A DNA stretch of 64,000 bases from Lama glama. Lineage: Eukaryota. Made by a program: the position numbers and the translations under genes. A model generated the notes under the pieces. It did no database searches and was not told where the DNA came from. It was given only the letters and a program-made list of their open reading frames with translations. Within the stretch, counting starts at the first letter, position 1. The number at the start of each line of letters is the position of its first letter. Positions 12,244-22,732 of the stretch are shown here, piece by piece. The DNA lies in contig CM052817.1 of assembly GCA_028534125.1 (NCBI GenBank), positions 20,958,001 through 21,022,000 on the forward strand, read 5' to 3'.

Positions 12244-12743
12244 NNNNNNNNNNNNNNNNNNNNNNNNNNNNNNNNNNNNNNNNNNNNNNNNNNNNNNNNN
12301 NNNNNNNNNNNNNNNNNNNNNNNNNNNNNNNNNNNNNNNNNNNNNNNNNNNNNNNNNNNNNNNNNNNNNNNNNNNNNNNNNNNNNNNNNNNNNNNNNNNN
12401 NNNNNNNNNNNNNNNNNNNNNNNNNNNNNNNNNNNNNNNNNNNNNNNNNNNNNNNNNNNNNNNNNNNNNNNNNNNNNNNNNNNNNNNNNNNNNNNNNNNN
12501 NNNNNNNNNNNNNNNNNNNNNNNNNNNNNNNNNNNNNNNNNNNNNNNNNNNNNNNNNNNNNNNNNNNNNNNNNNNNNNNNNNNNNNNNNNNNNNNNNNNN
12601 NNNNNNNNNNNNNNNNNNNNNNNNNNNNNNNNNNNNNNNNNNNNNNNNNNNNNNNNNNNNNNNNNNNNNNNNNNNNNNNNNNNNNNNNNNNNNNNNNNNN
12701 NNNNNNNNNNNNNNNNNNNNNNNNNNNNNNNNNNNNNNNNNNN
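12244..12743. other. assembly gap, 500 N
   Basis: Run of exactly 500 N. Confidence 1.
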
Positions 12744-13603
12744 TGCTGGTTTTCCTTCTGGAAAGCAGAGTTGCTAATAACTCACAATCAACTTCATAAT
12801 TTATCATAGTAAATTGGAATGTAATATTATTTTCATACAAATCTATCTATGCTTTCATATTATTGATAATAATTTTCATCTAATTGTTATCAGTAAGTAT
12901 GGAATATTTGAACTTAATTATTTCTTAGTTCTTAAAGAATGGTTAATCTCTTGTACTTCAGTGGACATTAGCTGCTTAGATATAACCTGCATGAAGTTTC
13001 AAAGAGGGAAAAAATAAAAACATTGATATATGTCATAACAAAACTATTAGACAAAGCCATTCCTACCAATTTCTTTGAAAACAAAATTGGACCAGACTAT
13101 GACAGAATGAAGTCCTTTTGACAATGAAGAATTTGCTATATTTCATAATTTTCTTCTCATTTAATAAAGAACAAATATAAGCAGAAGATATGTAAAGAAG
13201 ATAGAAAAAACCTCCAATTTTTAGACAAAGGTAAATTTAGATCATTTCCTAAGGGTAGCACAGATTTTCTGGGATATGTGGTAGACTGAGATTTTTGCTA
13301 TTATCAGTGCCAACGCTGAGACAGGTATATTCTTCCCATAGGATCATATAGATAGAGATAAAGGCACAGTCAGGAAATGTTGAAAAGCTTTTGATAATTG
13401 TTTTACAATTTTTTTCAAAGAATGTGTTTATTAAAACAATTATGTCATACTATCCTTGACTAGTTTTGACACCAACTGTGAATTTATTCACTGATGGTAA
13501 AACAACTCAGACTGCTCTCTCAATCTTTAGAGCCTGGCGTGGAGACCAGCATGTAGAAACACAAAGTGGGTAGAGTGCCCTCACATAGGCAGCAAATAGG
13601 AGA

Positions 13604-14150
13604 TGCATTAGCTTGCTATTGCTGCATAACAAACCACCACAAATTTAACAGTAGCCACATATTAGCTCATAGTTCTATAGGTCAGAAATCTGGCATGACA
13701 TGGTTTAGTTTTCTGCTCAGGGTGTCACCAGCCTGAACTCAAGATATTGTCCAGGCTGAGTTCTTGCCTGGGAGGCTCTGGGGGAAAATTCACTTCCAAG
13801 TTCATTCATAATTGGCAGAAATCAGTTTCTTATAGTTGTGGGACTGAAGTCCCCATTTCCCTGGCAGTTGCTATTGCTCTTAGCTGCTGGATGCTGCCAC
13901 TCTCCATTAGCAACTCAAAACCAGGATGTCTGCTTCTTTCCAGAGTAGGCAAAGTGCATCTTTCTGACTTCCTCTCTGTGACCCACTGGAGAAATCTCTG
14001 CTATTAAGGGTTCACGTGAGTAAGCCAGGCCCATTGAGATAATCTTATTTGAAAGCCAATGCAGCTTTATAACATAACCTAATCATGGGAGCAAAATCTA
14101 TCAAATTCATGATCCCAGGGATTGTGTAGGATGCCGTTCTGTCTACCACA
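13604..14150 (-). mobile_element. MaLR solo LTR (MLT1E-like)
   Basis: tgcattagcttgctattgctgcataacaaaccaccac...gttctgtctaccaca termini are typical of reverse MLT1. Confidence 0.85.
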
Positions 14151-14159
14151 GGGAAGAAG

Positions 14160-14340
14160 CTCAGGTCTTTGGGGCCTGAACGCTGGTCTTTATGTCTCAG
14201 CTCTCCTGATTTCTAGTCATGTGATCTGGAGAAAGTCATTTGATATCTTCTTTCCTTGGCCTCATTATTTGTAAAATTGGTAAAACACTGTTGCTGTGAC
14301 AAGTTGTTACTGGATTAACTTCTCAGTACATGTTAATTAC
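14160..14340 (+). mobile_element. MIR SINE
   Basis: tctagtcatgtgatctggagaaagtcatttga...ggcctcattattttgtaaaattgg. Confidence 0.6.
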
Positions 14341-15791
14341 TTTTACTAGTTTACAAGAATATCTAGACATGTTGGAGAAGAGGTGGTGTTAATGAATGTT
14401 TCAGACTCAACCTATGGCTTAAAGGAGCTTGAGATGCAGTAAATGCATTTGTTCTTCCCTCAATGTATTTCTGTTCCCTTGACTCTATCCATGATGGCAG
14501 GATCCCTTAGCCTTAAGTTTTTTTTTAACTAAAAATACACATTTTGGGTACAATTTGGCATCCTAACATTACCAAGGCAACCACTTCATCTAATACATCT
14601 GGAGAAACAATGTTTTTCGTAGTAGTGGTGGAAAACTGGCTATTGGATTGGTTTTATTGAGAAACAGCACATCCATCTCCAAAGGTTAAACAAGAAAAAA
14701 AAAAAGGAAAAAAAAAAAAGAAGTATGAGAGAGAGAGGGAGTATTTTTAGGACGATATTAAGTTTATCTGAAGTGTACACATTAAATTTACATAATGGTT
14801 CCTGAATAAGATGTGAGTTCACTTGTAAATTCAAATTAATCCATCTACAGAAGCCAAAATTGAACAGTTCAACTGCCCTATCATTTTGACCACAAAAAAA
14901 TGCATTTCTATAACATCAACTATTGCAGTTATCATCTGTCTTTCTTCCTTTTCTTTCAGAATCATCCCTTGCTAACTTTATAAAACTGGCTGCTGGTTGG
15001 CGAAAATACGTGTACTTTTTTGTTATCTGGTTATCAGTTATCTTTAAGGAAAATAACTTCCCCTCTCTACTGAAGTTCTGTTTGGTTCTCTGTGACTCTG
15101 GTTCCCCAGTGTGGTTACAGCCAGAGGGAGTTAAGAGAGCATGAGATTTGCAGCTAGGAACCCTACGAGTTTGAATGCTGTGGTGTCCAAGTTCCATGTA
15201 CAAGCTCCATTCTTTCTATTCCAGCACCAGAGTCTTGGACTTGATTAGCTGGTTGATTGTCCTCGGAGCTGAGAATCCGTTGCCTGTTGATAGTTAATCC
15301 TGATGTTGATTTCCAATAGCTATTGATTTAACAATTAAAACCTGGATAAATAATAACTGCACAATTGCCCTTGCATCTCCAGTTGTTAACTCTGTGTCCC
15401 TGTTAGGGTGCCTTCTTTCTACCTCTGGTCAGTTCATATTTTTAAGGTGCCAGTTTCTCAGGGCCAGAGTAGATTTCTCCAATCTGTTTTAGCCAAACAC
15501 CTCGCACTATCCCTGTGGATGACTTGCCTTCACCTTTCAGTCTTGCTAGGCTCTTTTGTCCATTGTTCTTGTACATGTTGTGTGTATCTTTGTCTGGAGG
15601 AGTGTTAATAAACATAGACTTACTGTACGCTATTAAGATTGGAAAGAAATCATACTGACACAAGAGTAGATAAAAGTATATACTCTACATTATGCTAGTC
15701 CATTAATGAAACATTAAAATATTTTGTTTGTTTATTGGGGGAGCTGTTAAATAAATAAATTTTCAACACAACTAGTGAAAACTTGTCATTG

Positions 15792-16362
15792 TGTTTCTGA
15801 AAGGTCGGCCCCTGTCCCTGACGAGCCAAATAACCCAGAGACAAGGTCTTGGAGTTTAGAAGAAAAGAGGCAATTTTATTGCTTTGCTGGGCAAAGGGGA
15901 CCCACAGCAGGGTGGTGCCTTCAAAACTGTGAACCCACCTTGGGGATGGGGTGGGGTGGTTATACAGCCAGAGTTCAAACAATGAAGCATCGATAACAAG
16001 CAGCAGAACCAATTTCTCATCAGAAGACTCAGAATGGCGTCATGATGCCTCCAGGCCACCAATTCTATAGATGCTAGCAGCTATCACTCTTTCCCAAGGA
16101 GTGGTCTTCTTGGTAATTCAGGCTATTTTGTAAGGTTAAAGTCCTGTGACCTTCTCCCTGGAGATCAACTCAGAGACTAAGCATGATTATAGCTTTTGAT
16201 TACTGGAATAAAGTAGAAACAGTAAGATCAATAGCTTTAGTTTCAACAGTGGGCCTGGAACTATGAGTAGCAACCAGTCAGGTCAGCTGACTGTTTTAAG
16301 GGCAAGCATAAGAATAAGCGATCTGTTAGCCTAAGTGAGGCCATTTTATTAATCCTCCTTCA
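15792..16362 (-). mobile_element. relatively young ERV1-class solo LTR, 571 bp
   Basis: TG...CA termini (minus strand TGAAGGAGG...CAGAAACA). Perfect 4-bp TSD ATTG at 15788-15791 and 16363-16366. Minus-strand TATAA near 15960 and AATAAA near 15878. Confidence 0.9.
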
Positions 16363-18159
16363 ATTGAATTCTGTTAAGGTGGGCTAGAATATTGCTTAAA
16401 TTGTATTTTCAATACTGTTGGTTTTGCTGTAGAGTTATGATTAAATAAATCATCAGTCACTGATGTGATTTATATTAAAATCAAGAGGATCCCTGTGTAG
16501 GCAAGGAATTCTTGCCTGTATTTCTCACATTATTATTCACACACTACCTGTGGTAATGAACCCACAGGGTTTTTACCTAGGTAATAAACGCCTAGGGTAT
16601 TTATTAATTTTCTTAATGTAAATGTCCAGGTCCCATTGTATTCATACTGAATCCTACATCTGGGTTTGGCTAGATCACTAGGTGATTACTCTATGTACTG
16701 CTTAAGACTATATTGGAAAAAAATTCAACAGTCCTGTAATAAAATGTTGGGGAAAAATACAGCCATGCACTTCTGTCTGACTGCAGGTCAATTAATTTGT
16801 TACTGCATACCACAGAAAAAAATATAAGGTGCAAATTACAGTCATCAAAGGTATTCTAAATTTTCAGGAAATTCTACTTTATTCAGAACAGTTATCTCTG
16901 TTTTATTATGATGTTAATCATACAAAATAGAAGGCTTTTATATAGATTCTTTGAAAAGGAAAGGAAAACATTTAGATATGGCTTGGGCCGTGACACAGAA
17001 CTTTCTTAGATCATCAAAGTTCAAATCATCATATCCACTGGAAAATGACTGCCATCCCAGCAGTCAGTATCACCATATAATTTCTTTTTCTTAATTTCAA
17101 AATCATACATAAATGCATGTCCTAAAGCCTAGGGTAGAGCTGACTGTGAGCATTGTCTCTCCAGCTATAGGCAGAACTGAGACGTGAGGGCAGTATTTTA
17201 TTGAAGGATTCAGAAAAGATGGGCTAGGAATGCCTAGCATCTTTATAGGGTGGTTTGCACAGCGGCATAAAAATATATACATAGGGCACACTGTAGCGTG
17301 AGCAGTTACATAAATCATGCTGATCTAACAAACTGCAAACAACAGAAAGCCAGGCCCTGGTTTTATCTCTAAAGACTTCCTCTGCTTTTGGTCAAAGCCC
17401 TCTTTCCAGGTGGAGCTGACATCAGACCTCTTTCCAACATTAATCTCCAACAGCTGGGTAACAAAGGTAACTTCAGTAAAGGCGTTACTGTCTTCCTGAG
17501 GAACTGAAGGGTGAGCTACGATGCCTACGCAGCAGAGCTGAGTAAAACAGGAAGGAGAAAGACCAGCAATCACTGGACACGTTCTTCCCCCACAAACATT
17601 TTCGTTGAGTTGCTACAGCCACAGGATCCCAAAGGAGGAACTGGCAAGAAAAACACAAATAACAAAATAAAACCTATTCACAATTTCAATGTTTGTTGAG
17701 ACAAAGTAATTACAAAGCCATCAGGCCCAATTACAAAGCACACAGAGTCAATTGTCGAAGTATTTAGAGATCCAGGTGGAGAAGCCATTTGACCAGTGTC
17801 CTTCCATTCAAAGCAAGCCCGCTCAGGGGCCTCTTGCCCCTTGTTTATAAAAGTCAGACAAAGCACTCCGTAATTGCTCTGCTTGTTCACTCTGCCCTGA
17901 AGCATTTACCACAGAGTTGCTCTAGCAGGTCTCCTCTTGCTACTTAGGAAAAGCTGATTATTTGTCCCACTCCCTGTTCTTTTCATGACCCTACACCTCT
18001 CCTCCTCTTGACCCATGTGGTGCACATGCCAGCCTAAACTTGCTTCATGAATTTGCATCAGCTAAACATATCGTTTGAAATATCTTGTGCATTCAGAAAT
18101 TGACAACCATGTTAGAAGATGAATTTCAAAACTTCAGTTCCACACTTAAAATATGTACA

Positions 18160-18320
18160 TGTGGTATTCAGTATATATATGTTTAAAAAAGAAGAAATGT
18201 ATATTATGAGTATAAAATATATATAAATAAATTTTAAAAATATATATAAAATAAATATAAATACAATATATACACTCATGGTATGTATATATATTGTATA
18301 TATACATATATATTAATTAC
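18160..18320. repeat. AT-rich low-complexity tract
   Basis: Degenerate (AT)n and A-rich runs. Confidence 0.8.
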
Positions 18321-18699
18321 ACTGAAAACTAGATTTTGCAGGTTTACCTCTAAATAACCTGGCAATGGTTAAAAGGAATATAATGAAATATTGCCTGCAA
18401 TCATTTATTTGTGTGGTCCATATTTATTGATATATAATTTTTCTCCTATTCCTTTTTAAAGAATGCTTCAGTGAACCATGCTATTTCAGTTTTGATAGAC
18501 TTATCTTGATATTAAGTAGGTTGAATTCTTCCTCTTAGTTTCTTCTTCTTCAACATTTTTTTTTTTTTACTATTTTGGACCCTTCCTACATTTCTACGTA
18601 TTTTTTGTTTCAATTTGAGTACAAATCCCTGCCTACATTTTGATTTATTGCTTTGAATTTTACATTTATTAAATAACTAACTAGAAAAAATTTTAATTC

Positions 18700-20000
18700 T
18701 TCCCGTGAAGGAAACTGATATATCATTAGTATTAATTCAAGTCTTCTTTTATAAGCTTAAATAAAATGTATATTTTTACTTATATTTTGTTGGTCTTGAT
18801 ATAATGTTCTATATTTTTAATATACATTGCCAGGTAAAGTTTGCTAGTAATTTATTTATTAATTTTGTATCAATGTTCAGAAGTGAAATTGGCCTATAAT
18901 TTTGTTTTCTCAGGATATTTTCTTTTCCCATTTTGGTCTTAAAAGTCATAGTAGTTTAATAAAATAGTTTTATCTCTTCATAAGACAGGGCTCATCTCTT
19001 TCTTTAAAGTTTGATAAAAATTTCCAGTTAACACAATCTGAAAACGATAGCTGTGAGTAGTTACTTAACTGCTAAATTTAATTATTCAAATAAGTATTGA
19101 TTATTATTCAGATTTAATATTTTTTCTTGAGCCAGTTTTGCTAGATTATATGTGTTTTAAAAATCATGTGTTTTATTTAAGCATAATTTTTTTGCTATAA
19201 TTTCTTCAATGTTCTTTGATTATATTGAAAGTTTCTATTTTATATTTCATTATGTACATTTTATCCTTTTCAGTAATGGGTGTGTACGTGTGTGTTACCT
19301 CAGTTTTGTTTGTGACAAAGTTTTGTCAGACATTTGTTCATTTCATCAATCTTTTCCAAGAATGAGATCTCTATCTACAATATCTCTTTTATTTATTTCT
19401 ATTCTTATCTATATTTTACTTTTTTTTCTAGTGTGGTTCTAGTTTTATACCTTTGGCAGCTTGTTTTTAAATAATATAAATATATATACATATGTAATAT
19501 ACATAATGACCTTTAGGAAGTATTTGGGTATATCTTATAATTTTTAACACCTATTATTTTCTTTGTCATTCATCTTAAAATACTTGATAATTTCTTTCAT
19601 AAGTTGCATCATGATTTCTTTTTAATCTATGAATTATTACTATATTAATTTATATCTAAGTATTAGTGGTGTAAGACGTTTTAAAATCAAATTTATTGTA
19701 TTATTGTCATAGAATGTGACATGTTTGATGTTGGCTATTTGGAATATACTTGCTACTTTCTTCAAGAATTACATTATTATTTTTGCAAAGTTTCCATGTG
19801 TGCTTGAAAAATAAGTACTTTCTAATTTGGAGGAGTACTGTTACTTTATATGCTATTACATCAACTTTAATGCTAGGATAATTCACATTTACCATAGCTT
19901 TTGTTTTCTAATATGCCTGGTCTATTTCTGAGGAAAGCATGCCAGAAGATTTATTTCCTTAGCTGCTTTTTCATTTGTTTAGTTACTATCACTGTGCAAC
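18700..20000 (-). mobile_element. ancient L1 (L1ME/L1M-type) ORF2 region
   Basis: T-rich, with ttttgtatcaatgttcagaagtgaaattggcctataattt and gtttccatgtgtgcttgaaaaataagt, typical of reverse L1 ORF2. Confidence 0.7.
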
Positions 20001-20199
20001 TTCAATGTGTCTTATGCAGTATTAATTGGTGGGAAATCCATTCTTTCAATTGTTCCTGCCCCCCACCCCAAAACTTGAAGTCACCAGCATGTGTCCAATT
20101 CAACAGGAAATGCCAAAATTCTTTCAATGACCAACAAGGCTACAACTGTTTGAATTGAACGGTTACAGTTTGGAGTAGAGAAAGGCAGTAAGCTGACTT

Positions 20200-20440
20200 T
20201 ATTTTAAAAAGATCATCATCAATTATTATCGAAACCACTTAGGAGGCTACTACAGTAATTCAGATGAGAGAGGATGGTGACATGGTTCTAGGAAGTACTG
20301 GGAGCATGCTGAGAAATGATTGTACTCTGTCTGTATTATGAAATAACACTAATTGCACTTTCTGTTGGATTGGATATGTGTATCAATGATGTCTCAAGTT
20401 GATTGTGCCTGTGCAGTTGGAAGGGTGGATTTGTCACAAA
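20200..20440 (-). mobile_element. L2 fragment
   Basis: ttaggaggctactacagtaattcagatgagagaggatggtgac is a characteristic reverse L2 motif. Confidence 0.65.
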
Positions 20441-22270
20441 TTATATTGTATAATTGTATAATAGTCTATTAAATCACTGAATCAGTGTATGTAACCTACC
20501 CACATTATTTTCAAAACTTTCTGTGCCATTATAAGTGTTTCTTGTTAAAGCATATATTTATGCTTTTTCAAGGGAAGAGTACAGTCTAATTACATACGTT
20601 TTAGTTTCTATTGTATTTAGCCTCACTTATTTTGCATGCTAGTCTTTGCTTGTCTTCTTTTCTCTGTGACTTACGTTCAATCAACTAAGATTTCCTCTGC
20701 TGGCTGTACACTATATTTTTCTAAGTTAACTTAGGGTGTTTATTTACCTTGTTTATGTACTGCATTTCTCTAATTAACACTCTAAATTAAAGCTTACACA
20801 TATTAACTCCATGATCAAAACATGGCCTAAATTTGAAGCATATTTTCCTTAAGGGCTAATATAGGTGCTATTACTAGAAATGGGAGTCGAAGCTGAGCAG
20901 GAGGAACTGCATATAATGTTTTCTTTTATCTCACCGAAACAGTCTCTTAAATTAGCCATATGCCATATTTAACTACAAAATTCCACTTTGATTCCATTTG
21001 TTTCATAATCATGATTGGTGTATTAAAAAATGAGCATGGAGAGCAAATATTCAGAACCTTTTCCATGTCTCATAATGTCATTTAATTAAAACTCTTGTGA
21101 AAGACTTTGAAATAGACCAAAAGGTGTCTTTTCATAGAAAATCTGTAACCCAAATGGGTATTAATGCATTGAGTCTGTGCCTTTCATTGTCTGAGTTACT
21201 TTAGTTATTTTGCTTCTTTGCTAAGATGTGAAAAATGAATAGCAATGCAAATTAATTTTTTCCTTAGAGATACAAGTGAATTTTGTTGGGGGTGTAATTA
21301 ATACCTTCCCCACCTACAGACAAAATTTAATTTTGCATTTATGAAGCAAATTTTTTCAGATTGCTAATTGCCTATACATGTATCTGTGTTTTGGAATCAC
21401 AGTGAACCAATTGTTCCATTTTACTGGCTTCTTCATTAATTATTTAGTTAAATAAATATCTGAAATGTGTTAAATTTGTATTTGTACAGAAATTACAATA
21501 TTAACTTTAGACATATTATTTAATAACTCATACTTAATAAATAGAGGGCTAGGTAAAAAAAAACTTACAAGTTTTTAATGTTTGTCATTTTCATACCAAA
21601 TTTAAGGGTATTGATCTATTACTTTTAATCAGCCAGTGCTGCAGTCAAAAATTCTGTTGGGATGTTTTTCTTTTATAGATAAGCTTTGTCTTTTCTTCGA
21701 AAGCTTTTATCTTTTTGTAATTTATAAAGTGAATCTGTCAATTGTAACCTTTTCTCTTCAGCACATAGACAGATTCTTTTTATCTGAAACTTGTTTTTCC
21801 AACAAATTAGAGAAATATCATTTTATCACTTTTTAACTACTCTGCTTCATTTTCTACATACTCTCAACTATGTAACTTTTCCTTCATATGGGTTGGTATA
21901 GTTCTTTCCCTTTAAGCATATTTCTACCAGACTTAGAGATAGTGGGTAATCTGCCCAAGCTCACAAATGGTGAAAAGTGACAGAACTGGAATTTAGAATC
22001 CAGAAGCTCGTCCCGTAACATCAAAATGTTTACGTTATTTTCTTTTATTGTATTTTAGCAACAAGAGCAACAGACAGGAAGCTTATAGTGGTTAGTGGAT
22101 ACTAAATTCAATGATCTATCCTATTTTCGTCAAGGATATGGACATCAAAAATCGACGAAAAGGGAAATCTTTGCACCTGTCCAACTCAGTCTACACTTCC
22201 ACACTTTCTTCTTTTATTTTCTGGAGAAAGCATCTCTAACGTGCATTCATAGAGTTACCCCAAAACTTAC

Positions 22271-22332
22271 ACAGGAACTTTGATTGCCTAAATAGAGGAG
22301 TATCTACGTAGAGGTTTGAAACTGTCTGTCTG
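22271..22332 (-). other. candidate 62-nt exon
   Basis: Minus-strand acceptor ttttctttatag|CAG (AG at 22334-22333) and donor TGT|GTAAGT (22270-22265). Confidence 0.35.
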
Positions 22333-22682
22333 CTATAAAGAAAATCGCTGATGCTTGAAAATACAGGCACCAAAGAAAACACAAATTCAGACCCCGAGGT
22401 CTCCAACGAGGGAGAAAGTGCAGGTGGTTCAGGCATGACGACAGCATGTTGGAGGGAGTTAAGTGTTTCTTAGGAATCAATAAAAGCTCTTTTATTAAAA
22501 ACTATTATTTGAGAAAATGTATAAACAAAACTAGATCAGGGTACTTTGCGTGCTGAAGCAATAAGCCCAGAGAAACTGTAAACCACCGTATTTGGAAAAT
22601 AAGGAAAAGATTACCGACCAGATTAGAAGCATTTCCTTAGCTACGGCAGTTACCACCAGATGCGGAGTTCGAGGACAACTAG

Positions 22683-22732
22683 TATCTGAAATGAGAATCT
22701 TGTGTGCATCCTTTATATGTCGTGTATAAAGG
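22683..22732. promoter_or_regulatory. candidate core promoter: divergent TATA boxes plus an Inr
   Basis: CCTTTATA-N7-TATAAAGG inverted repeat (22710-22732). The minus-strand TATAAA starts at 22717, and an Inr-like TCAGAT has its A at 22687, 30 nt downstream. Confidence 0.4.

Noticed and set aside
11957..12840. 280-aa and 221-aa ORFs
   Set aside because: Their length comes from reading through the 500-N gap; the plus-strand ORF also starts in LTR sequence.
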